DNA of 64,000 bases from NCBI GenBank assembly GCA_030704615.1, contig CM060732.1:24924001-24988000 (forward strand), read 5' to 3'. The notes under the pieces were generated by a model. The model was not told where the DNA came from and searched no databases. It saw only the letters and a program-made list of their open reading frames with translations. Position numbers and translations under genes: made by a program. This stretch comes from Takakia lepidozioides. Taxonomy: Eukaryota; Plantae; Bryophyta. Shown in pieces: positions 1-10,889 of this stretch; within the stretch, counting starts at the first letter, position 1, and every line of letters begins with the position of its first letter.

Positions 1-1603
1 GTTTTCACATCCACATGTGACTCTATCAGACTCTACCATTTCCGCACCAGCCTCCATCAACTTGTCTGTGGTGAAATTTATTCCCTGGACCAATTCCAAG
101 TCAATTTACAACACGGCCTTTAACCCTGACAACAAAAAAAGCTCACTTTAGAGTGCCAAAAGACACAGATTTACATGAGAATAAGCACTTCAATTTCGCT
201 ATGATGTACTGAGTGATAAGAGCCCCATACTAGAAGCAGCACTGCACCCACTAAAAATGAGAGTAACCTAAAAGTTAGTGAGGACATTGCGACCCTGCAC
301 ATTCTTTGTGAAGCCAGTTTGGCAATTCGCAGAGAGAACACATATACTGGCGGCCAGCTTCAACCTTTCCTTTGTAATATCTTCCATTATTTGACCAGCC
401 AACCTGTGATGACGACAATGCTACCCATATCCTAACAACATTGCATTCGAAAAGAATTCCCAAAATCAAGATCATGAGGGGAAATGTGAAGTTCCCTTTG
501 GAACCTTCCACATAGAATGAAGGGTTTGACAGCGAAATAAGGACAAAAAGGGGGAGGAAGATGCAGGTTCCGATTGGGATTTCGCATCGGGCCTGTAGCT
601 TCATGATGGTGATTGGTTATAACTGCTAATGGAAGAGATGTAGACTTGGCAGTAGATATTTAAACGTTTCGATTATAACTTACCAATCTGACACCAGATA
701 ACCTTTGTAAATCTTATCGAACTCTCCCTTTGAATTCGCATCGTCGATGCTTCCATACATGTCCATGAAGGTAACGTTCCAAATTTCTTCAAGTAGATGC
801 AGTTCTTGCCTATGATATGATCACCATGCTATCCTGCAATCATCGCATTTGAAGACACGACCCGTCGTTCAGCCAAACTGTCGCACATTCCCTCTCTGCA
901 AACGCCACATTCCAAATGGCATCCTCTGCAGAGTCTCACTTTACAGACTCAATGAAGAATGCGACTTAGTGCTCTACGGTAACTACAAAATGCTTGAGCT
1001 ATATCAAACCAATAGGAAACTTACACATGTACTAAGCTGATAGGATTTCGGCAAACATGGATGGATGAGCTCATCCAATGGATGGATCCATTCATTATAT
1101 GTCTTCAAAATGACACGTGTACTAATAAAGTCATATAAATGCCTTTAAAATGCCATGTGTAGTGATGTAGTCATATATATAAAGTCATGAATCAATCTGC
1201 AGTCAAACAGTCATAAGTTTACATGTCATGTCATGTTGTGGATGAACTCGTCCAATGGATGAATACATTCATGTATTTGCCTTCGAAATGACACGTGTAG
1301 CGATGTAGTCGTATAATTAGAGCTGTGAAACCATCTCTAGTCATGGAGTTATAACATTCCATGAAACGTCGTCCACGTGTAGTCAAACATATCACACTAG
1401 TCATATAAACCATCCCTGTCATTGTGGTCAACAATGTTTGACCAAAGCTTCCTAACTTTCCGGAATCATGTAGTGATATCCGGCGTCATGTAGTGATAAA
1501 ACTATGACTGCAACGCATTTCAGTGCTCTGTAGTCATCTACCTAGTGCAGTTTTTATGACTCCGCCAAAGCCGTAGTTCTAAAAACGCTCATCTCTTGTA
1601 GTG
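1..1603. mobile_element. One end of a CACTA/EnSpm element inserted in the gypsy integrase; it extends beyond the window start
   Basis: The minus strand reads CACTACAAGAGATGAGCG from 1603. GTAGTCAT/GTAGTGAT subterminal repeats lie at about 1150-1560. The integrase reading frame breaks exactly at this point. Confidence 0.75.
735..880 (-). pseudogene. Degenerate PPR motif fragment inside the CACTA element
   Basis: Manual translation gives LAERRVVSSNAMIAG*HG and FMDMYGSIDDA, which match the PPR motifs seen at 23.4-24.2 kb. Confidence 0.55.
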
Positions 1604-1980
1604 ACCTCATCACTGTCCTTAGCAACCAACGGTCGGATCTCAACCCACTTAGACAGGAAATCAGTAGCCACACCAATGTAGCTATTGCCCTTAGTCGTAG
1701 TTCTGAGGGGTCCAACAATATCAAGACCAACTCGGGCAAACATCTCAGTCACCGGAATTGGTTGTAATTTAAGAGGAGCTATGGTCCTAGGCAACAGTGT
1801 TTTAGACTTACATGGAACACACTTAGAAATGAAATCTGCCACATCCTTAGTTAACCCCTTCCAATGGTACTTTTCCTGGAGTCGCTTGACAGTTTTGTCA
1901 ACGCCTAGATGACCAGCATATAGTGAGCAATGGTAAAGCTCAAGCAACGCAGGCATAGAGCTCCTAGTAGGGACCTCCAC
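1604..1980 (-). pseudogene. Gypsy integrase: zinc-binding domain and start of the core, cut by the CACTA insertion
   Basis: YHCSLYAGHLGVDKT...CVPC...VGLDIVGPL...ATDFLSKWVE. Confidence 0.9.
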
Positions 1981-2429
1981 GGCAGTCTCTTGCCCCTAAA
2001 TATGAACTACCTTAAGCAATTTACCTTCATGCTCCCGATGAGAGGGAAGATGATAGTTGACTTGCCTGAGGAGACGGGAAGAGAGGCCCGACAGATGAGT
2101 GTTGGTCTTACACTTCTGGAGGAGGGCTTGGTGAAGTTGGTCCTCCATGGTTGCAGCTGCCATAGCCAGCCCTTGGGTTAGTGTGAGCCTGTCGGAGTGT
2201 CCGCCTCAGTTATCTCCAGGGAATGGCTGCCAACTCAACTGAATGACAAGGGGGACTTCATGTAGTTGCAACCAAGAACAATGAAGCACAGAAGCAGATT
2301 TCCCGATGGAGAGGATTCAGTGCCAAAACCATAACTAGAAGTAGGAAAGGGACAGTGCAATCATAGAAGAGAGAGTGATATCACACCTAGAATATGACCA
2401 CAGTGACATTACAGCACTCTTAACCAACT

Positions 2430-3971
2430 TCATCCAGCAGAAAAAGATAGCAAATCCCATTCAGACATGAGATCAGGTGGAGGAAGAGGAACAGTGGCAA
2501 ACAAGGCAAGTAAATCGGACCCTTCAGGAGAGAAAGAGGGTAAGGGTGAAGCACCAGATGGTGAGCAGTGTGCAAGGTCATCTAAGGTGACATAAGGGTC
2601 AGAGGACTTAGTCTCCGTTCGTGTGAGAGCGTCAGCATTGCTGTTGGCTTTGCCCTTCTTATACTCAATGTCATATTCAAACATCTGAAGAGTAAGTGAT
2701 CAGCGAGCCAAGCGTCCCGAGAGTGCCCGTGGGGTTTTGAGAGCCTTCAATGGAAGATGATCAGTCTGAATAACAAAAGGGCAGCCATGTAGATACTGCC
2801 GAAAATGTTTGACCCCAAAAATAACGGCAAGTCCTTCTTTATCAGTAATACTATAGTTCTTCTCATGTTTGTCAAGCCGCCTGGAAGCATAGGCCACGAC
2901 ATGTTCCCTGCCATTTTGGCATAGAATAGTTGAAACAGCCAGGTCAGAGGCATCAGTCTGAAGAATAAAAGGAAGGGAGAAATCAGGAAAGACCAGAATG
3001 GGTGCACTGGTGAGGGCAATTTTGAGTTTCTCAAAAGTAGTGATTTGGGACTTGCCCCAAAGACAGCGAACATATTTGCATAACAACTGATTAAGCGCAA
3101 TATCAATGTGAGCAAAGTGTTTAATGAAACGACGATAGTAAGAGGCTAACCCAAGAAAAGCACGGACACAATTTTTGTCACGTGGAGTAGGATAGTTCCA
3201 GACAGCCTGAATTTTGGCAGGGTCAGGGCTTATGCCTTGGGCTGAGAGAAGGTGGCCAAGAAAGTGAAGCTCCGTCATGCATAAGTCGCATTTCTTGGCT
3301 TTCACTTTGAGACCTGCGCCTCTAAGCCTGCACAAAACGTGCTTCAGATCCAACATGTGAGAATCAAAGTCAGCGGAGTAAACGTTGATGTCATCAACAT
3401 AGACCAATGCACATTCCCAGCGCAAGTTTCCTAGATTAACATCCATGAGGCGTTGAAAGGTGGCTGTGGCATTACATAATCCAAAAGGCATGGTTTCAAA
3501 CTGAAAGAGACCCATCTTACAGGTAAACGCAGTCTTTTCCTTGGCTGACTCTGTGAGGGGGACTTGCCAAAAACCCGCAACAAGGTCCAAGGAAGAGAAG
3601 AGAGTGACACCATTGAGTTGATCCAAAGTATCATTAATGCGAGGTAAAGGATATACATCTTTCTTAGTCAGGGCATTGAGCCGTCGAAAATCAACGCAGA
3701 AACGAGTGGTACCATCTTTTTTGGCAACCAACACGATGGGACTGGCCCAGGGGGAAATAAAGGGTTTAATAACGCTTGCATGCAGCATCTTGGTCAGTTC
3801 GAGTTGCATAATTTCACGTTCTTTGACACTCTCTATAAGCATATTGTTTGACAAGGCTACCTTCAGTGACAATGTTATGGTGGAGAACCTCGGTACGTCC
3901 CAAATCATGAGAACCAGCACTAAAAACATCCAGATTGTCACGAATGATATGATATAAACGAGACCTCTCAA
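2430..3971 (-). pseudogene. Gypsy reverse transcriptase and RNase H (frameshift and stop codons)
   Basis: ORFs 2700..3971 and 2430..2684 carry canonical RT and RH motifs; a TGA interrupts the GRLARW motif. Confidence 0.93.
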
Positions 3972-4164
3972 TGTCAGTGAGACCAGAGCCTATTTTAATA
4001 TCAGTCAGAACTTGATCAAGATGAGCAGATTGCGCAGGAGTGAGGGGACTAACCTGGGGTGCAGCGACAGATTGGGCTAAGAGATGCAATTGATCAACAG
4101 GATCATCTGACAGGCCAATGTCAGCAAAACTTAAAGCATGTTGCACCTCTCCTAAATCTGTCAA

Positions 4165-4440
4165 GGGGGTGGCAGTGAGTCGAGCGAGGACCTGACCCTT
4201 GTAGACGGTGATAGGGATGCGTTCTGGGTTGGCAACAAGAAGTCGAAGCTCCCCTCGAAAGCCCCTATCTAGCACACCAGATGCAATCAAACAATGTTTG
4301 GAAAGCATCAAACGTTTCCACCCCTCAACTTCAAGATAATGACCTTGTGGACAAAGAAAGGTGAGGCCAAGAGAGACAATTTTTTGGGAGGAGGCAGGTA
4401 TCACAAAGTCAGCGGGATTGCAAAGAAGAGTGGTGTTACT
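4165..4440 (-). pseudogene. dUTPase-like domain between protease and RT
   Basis: VIPASSQKIVSLGL...GHYLEVEG...GVLDRGFRGELRLLVAN...VYKGQVLARL matches the spacing of trimeric dUTPase motifs III and IV; motifs I, II and V are degenerate. Confidence 0.75.
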
Positions 4441-5123
4441 TGGGATTGGAATGGGAGGGCCACTCTTCTTACCAGGCAAAGGGGGCTGCCATTGATACAG
4501 GGTGAGGGGAGCCGTCTTGGCAAAGTTAAAGTAGCGTGTCCAGTTGTATTGCTCACCCACCTGCCGCTTGGTTTCAGCAACAAGGGTGCGCATGTGGGAG
4601 AGGTGTGCAGTGGCACAACCAGCAGGCAGGGAGACAGAGTTGAGCTGCACCTTGTGGGGGGAGGAGCTGCCACTGGCAAGCCACATGACGTTTTCAACCA
4701 CATCAATTTTTGCCCCTGCAGCACACATCCAATCCAAGCCTAACAACAACTGTTCACCAATGGTGACAATACAAGTTAGTGTGACCGACTTGCAACTGAC
4801 TTTGATGGGAACGGTGACCAAACCGAGAGGCTCATAACGTGTGCCATCTGCAATGGTCACCTGCAGACCCTTGGCTGGAGTGAGCTTGAAACCAAGTAGT
4901 CAAACCACGGACAATGGAACAGCAGACACGGTACAGCCTGTGTCAACAACACATGAAAACGAGAGGTGCTCTTTGTGACATTGAGTCATGAGAGGGTGCA
5001 CTCTCTCCTTCCTAAGCTTCCTATTGGCTTCACAGTGCATCATCTTAAATTCATTGGACAACATAACAGAAACAATGGAGTCATCCTTTGTAGGGTGTAG
5101 GGGAGAATGACCGCTTGGCCCCT

Positions 5124-6353
5124 TCACAAGCGATCGGGTTCGTTCAAAGGTTGTTTGCCCCGTTGTTCACGTTGAATGCATTTGTGTTCTTCAATCATAC
5201 CAGGGACAAGAGCGGCATAAGTGCAAAAGCGAGTCCAGTGCTCCAGGGACCCACAAATGAAACAGGCCACACGTTTACCTTGTACCTTATATCGTGGGCC
5301 AGTCTGAGTGTGGCCACGATGAGAGTCAGCCGGAGGAGGCTTGACAGGTGCAACCCTCCAGGATCCTTCTGCCCTCACAGCTTGAAGCTGAGTATGCAGC
5401 TCTTGTTGTAGGTTTTTAACTTCCTCCAGCAATGTGGGAGAGGCCTCTGTAGAGCCACCCTTAATCATGGCAACCCCATGAGAACAGTCGGAAGCATGCT
5501 GAGGAGCAGAATGAACAACAAGCTGACAACCTTTGCCTAGTTTAGCATTCTTAAACCGCATGCGCTCATCCATCATCTCTACCATATGCCTCTCATTGCG
5601 ATAAGGATGCTTTTGTAGGTAGACTTGATCAGAGGCAGGCAATCCAGTAATGAAGTAGGTTTTAAGAATGGCAGTGCGTTCAGAGGGTACCGGAATAGCC
5701 TTGACCACCATGGTTTTCAAGTCAGTATAGTATTTTCAAATACTCTCATCAGGTTGATAAGGACGATCGGGCATGGTGTAATTGATGGGCAAGTCTGCAC
5801 GAAACAACTGAAGCGCCAACTGCTTGGCCACTCCCCATCGCAATTCACCCTGATCTTTGATACTAGCTTCAAAGAGGTCACGAGCCTCACCTTTGAGACA
5901 AAAACGAAAGGAATCAGTAATCATAGAAGCTGGCAGTTCATTGAATTTGACACTCATCTCAAAAAAATTGAGAAAGTTGTCAAAGTCTTGGCCTACCTCA
6001 TAGTCAGGATAAGGCCGTTTGTGAGCACGATGAACGTCCTTGAGCTGGGTAACTGAAGGCGAACCTTCTTGTTTATCCAAAAAGAGCTGCATAAGAGCTG
6101 GACAACTAGACAGTGTAGCCATAACATCACAAATGCCCTGAATATTGAGGTTAGGCACATTACCAGAGGCTAGAGGGACCCCTGGGGTCGGACTGGTGTT
6201 AGCACCTGGCCGTGGCTCCTCAGGAGACAAAGTTTCAGACATAGGATCAGGAAAAGCATCACCATCATCTTTCACAGCATCAGTAAGATTCACATCATGC
6301 AACTCATCTAGCACATTCCAGGGCTCCTTGCCAGACCGAGTAGTGACAGGCAT
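5124..6353 (-). pseudogene. Gypsy gag (frameshifted near 5730)
   Basis: Likely start MPVTTRSGK at 6353; capsid-like FLNFFE...CLKGEAR; C-terminal CCHC knuckle. Confidence 0.85.
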
Positions 6354-6387
6354 TGTAATTGGTCGGGTTTTAAGAAAAACAAAGTGG

Positions 6388-7317
6388 TTACCTTCCACTG
6401 GAGGATCGTGCAGGACGCAATTTGGACTCCCAGTCCTTGATACAATAGCCACTTATGAACCTGTGTTTGTGAAGCATGTAAACACCTTCACCCAGAAAGT
6501 GCCACAGCTCTTCGTCCACTTTGAGCCAGAAAGCCACACGAACTATGGAGCGAATAAGCTTTTCCTTGGCAAGCAGTGTGTGCACTGGATAATCAGTAAC
6601 ACGAAAGCCAGGCAAGTAGTAACCCAACCGTTCTTGTCTAAACACAAGAGCAGGGAAAATCAAAATATCATGCACAATATGAGGAAAGCGAGAGACATGA
6701 ATGCATGCGACATGGTCATCCCAAGTGATGTCCACATTGTAGTCAGGTTTCCAGGTAGGCCATAGGTTGGCCAAGACAAGTGAACTGCCACCTTTCACCA
6801 GCTCCCACAGACGATGCGCACTGGGTAAGTTGGGCGGAAGGAAGTTCTCACACTCGCCAGCAACCTCCCCAGCGACGGTGAATTGCGGAATACCAAGTTC
6901 AGCCCACGACAACCGGCAACCCTTCAAGAGCTTGTCTTTAGCCTCAGGTAGTGGAAGCTTGCGAGCTATCTCCGTAGCAAAGAGTCTCTGTAAGGCCTTG
7001 GCCGCTCGGACCCCTTCAAAGGCCTGGATACACTTCCGCCGCTGCTCGGCTTCTTCTTGCGGGGTGTGGGTGGGCTTCAAACCCTCCAACGCAGCAGTCA
7101 ACTCAAACTGAGCCACCCAGTGATCAGAAGGGGTGTCAAGGACTAATTCAGGGCGTTCAACAGCTGCACCAAGGGGCGGATAATCAACTTCAACCACCAG
7201 ACTAGGATCAACCGAAGCACGCAAAATGCTGGCGAAAATTGACTCAAAATGACCAGCAGGAGTGTCCTTGTACTCCCTGAGCTCAGCTACAGTGAAAGGA
7301 TCAGAAGACGAGGCCAT
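6388..7317 (-). CDS. Extra ORF (ORF0, 309 aa) between the PBS and gag; function unknown
   Basis: Uninterrupted ATG-initiated ORF inside the element, on the same strand as gag. Confidence 0.6.
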   Translation of the reverse strand: MASSSDPFTVAELREYKDTPAGHFESIFASILRASVDPSLVVEVDYPPLGAAVERPELVLDTPSDHWVAQFELTAALEGLKPTHTPQEEAEQRRKCIQAFEGVRAAKALQRLFATEIARKLPLPEAKDKLLKGCRLSWAELGIPQFTVAGEVAGECENFLPPNLPSAHRLWELVKGGSSLVLANLWPTWKPDYNVDITWDDHVACIHVSRFPHIVHDILIFPALVFRQERLGYYLPGFRVTDYPVHTLLAKEKLIRSIVRVAFWLKVDEELWHFLGEGVYMLHKHRFISGYCIKDWESKLRPARSSSGR

Positions 7318-7485
7318 TGCTGCAGATTGTAGAAGTGTAAGCAGATACCGTGAAAACCAGGAGCAAGCAAAAACACGAGCGAGAACTGAAACGGTAGAGC
7401 GCCGCCATGGTAACAGTGGCAGCGTACAGCTACCTGTCGTACCAAGAAGAATGTGCAGCTAATGATTAACTAAATCCTGCAGCCC

Positions 7486-7496
7486 CATCTCCACCA
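7486..7496 (-). promoter_or_regulatory. Primer-binding site, tRNA-Ala type
   Basis: TGGTGGAGATG is complementary to the 3' end of tRNA-Ala (CATCTCCACCA) and lies just downstream of the putative LTR. Confidence 0.65.
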
Positions 7497-7512
7497 AGAT
7501 TCTCGCCCACCC

Positions 7513-7863
7513 CGTTATTCCTCTTCCTCTCCCCTTTGAGCTATAAGGGGGATATATGCTCGGTAAAGCAGGCTAGCGAGATAGATAGGATCCAACGCAG
7601 AGGAGACAGAATCACTCACCCAACCTAACAGCACATCCTTACTCAGAGCCCTTTCATCCAAAACTCCTACACAGGTACAATAGGGTTTCACACCAAACGT
7701 ACACCACCGCCTTAAGTGTCGTGTTGATCCCTTTTATAAACGAAGGCCCACAATCTTATCTGACCAAGTGGCAAGCCTTGATTGGCCACCTGAATGCCAT
7801 CCGGGTGTCTGTCCAGATAGGACGCCACTTCATTCTAATTTAGAGATAAACTAGCCGTTAACA
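7513..7863 (-). repeat. Putative 5' LTR of the gypsy element
   Basis: Minus strand starts TGTTAAC and ends AATAACG; TATA-like TTATAAAAGGG at about 7728-7739. There is no second LTR in the window to confirm it. Confidence 0.5.
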
Positions 7864-9958
7864 TAAGACAATACTTAGTTTAAAAATAGATTGTCTCCAG
7901 CTGTTTCATCCAAGCCCTTTTTCAACAGTCATCATCCAATATCTGTTCATCCAATGACAAAAAGGTAGGTAGAAGGAATCTGGCCATTACACCACTCTAC
8001 ACTTCATAATCTTCAGATCTGGCAGTTGGATTTTGGTGAAACTTTTTGTGGTAGGAGGTGGGGTAGGTGGGAAGTAATTCCAACGGTCAGTTTTAAGGGA
8101 CACAAAGATTCTTTAGATATATATTTTTTTTGTGGGCGAGGGTCATGTTTTTCCACGAGAGGGTGAAAATGAGTTTTGACACTTAAAGGTTAAGAAGGTC
8201 GTTGCTTTTGAGTAAGGGCCCGGGGGCAAAGGGTCGTTACATAGTACTGGATAAATGTTACATCCTTTAATGTTATATCACCCTTAATGTTATGAAATTT
8301 TGGCTCTGTAAAAATTTACACTTGAAAATGGCATAGAGCGTTATTTGATATGTGTTCTGAAAATATTGCTCTCCTCTTTGTTAGCACACCTCCATAGTTG
8401 TTAGATCTTATGCGGAGCCTTAATATAGTTGGTTTGAGAAAACATTCATCCACTCTTATCATTCATCCATGTGTATGAATTTGAACCCTAAGCCTTTTTA
8501 ATTGTTATTTTTGTTTGTTTTAACCTGCTTTATTGTTTTTTCATAAATGTTATGTTTTAGATTTGGACTTCTATTTCTGTTATATGATATATCTCTCTAA
8601 ATGTTATAATTTTTCCAGGGTTGACTGCAGTGGAGAGAAACAGCAAATGTAATGATTGCATTGCTGGCCCACTAGTGAAGTGAAAGTGGACTGTGTGTGA
8701 GTAGTGGTGGAAGCTTGAACCGAAGGATACGAAGCTTTTGCACTTGTAAGAGATGTGTAATGATCGGCTATGTCTTCTCTATATTGCTCCCACATCCTTC
8801 CAGACCTTCGATTTGGAGACTTGGGATTGAAAGCTGACAATCTTGGAGTTGGACTGGATGAAGACCACCACCCTCAATGGTATGGCCACCAGGGGGAAGG
8901 GATTTCTAAGCCCTCTTTGATTTCATTACGTCTGAAATTCTGACGGGGAGAGCCTTCAGACTGCACCGATTCTGTTTGTACTGAACTTATAGGCACATAT
9001 TGAAGCTAAATTCATTGTTTCTGCTAGCAGGTTGAAAAGTGGACCAGCCCTTCAATATTTGGCGAAAAGTCGTCAGGTTGCACCAGCCAAAATTGGTGGG
9101 CGAAAAGTCTATATGATGGTAAGTTGAGTTTTTAGCCAGATCGGATCCACAAGATCTAGGGCTGTTTGCCAAAATCACACTATAGAATGTGGCATGTCAC
9201 TTATTTTGCACTGTCAAAAATGATATAAGTTAGTAACCTCATTGCTGCTTAATTTTCTTTATTGTGGCCAAGAATTTTTCACCTTCCATGAAAACAGATC
9301 GCCACTACTTTTCTAGTGCTCTTCTGAGATCATAGCTACATTTGATAACTATTTAATAAACTCTAGCCAGTAGCCAGCTCCTGAGACCAAAAATAAACAA
9401 AAATCTCCACTTCCAGCATTCTTTGCTGACCTTCTTGGAGCCATGTCAGCAGAATTCCAAAAATGAATTAAAAAGCCGTGCCCCGGACTCCCTATTAAGT
9501 ATTTCAGAATGCAGGAGGTTCTATGCAGCGACAGTACAGTGTGGAGTTTGAATCTTACAGAAGTGTCACCCCGTTCCATGTCACCCCAGCGCTTGTGGTT
9601 AGTGTGTACCTATTTTGTGTAGTTTGTGTCAACCCATCTTGTGTGATTTGTGTAACCCCATGTCTGGTGTAATTTCTTCTTAGTACACTTTATACAGTCA
9701 AATTTGGACGTAGTCAAATTTTGGACACCAAGTGGGAGAATTATACCAATTTGGAGTGACACTCCCTTCCATGTCACCCCGGTAACGATGTTATCCCAAT
9801 GTGATGTCACCCCAATCTATGTCACACTCTAGAGAAAATCTGACATGCCAAAAACCGGTGTACCATGCTGCAAGCCTGAGATTGCAAGTGTGCATTAAAT
9901 TCTTACATTATTGTACTATTCTACTGTGCTCCCTTCCTAATTGACGGTATGACTCAAA

Positions 9959-10309
9959 GCAGGTTCACACGGCAAAAATCCGTCCGTCCCATCTAGCCAT
10001 AGTGGTGGGCCCTCCGCACGTGTGGATGGGGACGGACGGGACTGACGGTGCAACATGTTCACACGTGACGCAACATATAAGTTTAGCAAGAGAGCCCTCC
10101 GGCTAAACCCTACACACATGTTTTAGCCATGATAGCCAGGGAGAAGGAATGAGGGATGGGACGGACAGCGACGGACAGCGGGAAGTACCTACAGTGGCCA
10201 GGCCGTCCGTCCCTTCCTCGCCGTCGCGTTCCTCAAGGGTGGACCCCAGCCCGCCACACCAGCCGCAACGTCCAGATGGGTCGGACGGATTTTTGCCGTG
10301 TGAACCTGC
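9959..10309. mobile_element. MITE with ~36-bp TIRs (PIF/Harbinger-like ends)
   Basis: GCAGGTTCACACGGCAAAAATCCGTCCG(T/A)CCCATCT is inverted at both ends; no clear TSD. Confidence 0.8.
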
Positions 10310-10311
10310 CA

Positions 10312-10504
10312 GCACATCACACACGCGACACCAATGAATGTCTTGGGATGACAAAAGTTCTAACACCGTAAGGACGCACATCACACACGCGACACCAATG
10401 AATGTCTTGGGACGACAAAAGTTCTAACACGTGTAAGGACGCACATCACACACGCGACACCAATGATTGTCTTGGGACGACAAAAGTTCTAACACCGTAA
10501 GGAC
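10312..10504. repeat. Tandem repeat, ~64 bp x3
   Basis: Three near-identical copies of GCACATCACACACGCGACACCAATGAATGTCTTGGGAYGACAAAAGTTCTAACACCGTAAGGAC. Confidence 0.95.
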
Positions 10505-10549
10505 AGTCCACCAGTTTTTCTCGCAGTATTGACTTCAACACGATGCACC

Positions 10550-10625
10550 ATCAGTGGGTAGCTGAGTTGGATAGTGCACTCATCAGTGCCACCCAGATCA
10601 TTCTGGGTTGAATCCTGCTGCTGGA
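10550..10625 (+). mobile_element. tRNA-derived SINE head
   Basis: A-box-like TAGCTGAGTTGG and B-box-like GGTTGAATCC at tRNA-like spacing; no intact cloverleaf. Confidence 0.5.
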
Positions 10626-10889
10626 TTCCCTTAGGTGGTGTCCCATGAGCTTGCCTTCACGGCGAGGTTACTGTGAACGAGGTTATTTTCTCCTCTCCCT
10701 ATATCTAAGGGGCCTGATTTGTGAGCTGTTCGTTAGAAAATGCTCGACACCAATAGGTAGGATGAGTGCATTTTGAGTTGGTCGTGGTGAGTGTAGTCCA
10801 TCGAAAGTGGCCCTCAACTTGTCACGGATATATAAGTTAGGCAGTGCGAGAGAGAGAATGAGCGCGAGAGTATCTGGAGAGAGCAGGTG

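Larger units (their letters stand above)
1604..7863 (-). mobile_element. Ty3/gypsy LTR retrotransposon, degenerate and interrupted in the integrase: LTR-PBS-ORF0-gag-PR-dUTPase-like-RT-RH-INT
   Basis: Gag CCHC knuckle CFICGSLEHWTRFC; protease VVDTGC and LLLGLDW; RT SPWASPIVLV, FCVDFRRLN, YVDD; RNase H LQTDASD, TDH, NADAL; integrase HHCC (H..AGHLG..CVPC, GLDIVGP). The order PR-RT-RH-INT is gypsy-type. Confidence 0.95.

Noticed and set aside
10550-10625. Functional tRNA gene (also 22250-22316)
   Set aside because: A and B boxes are present but the stems do not pair into a cloverleaf.
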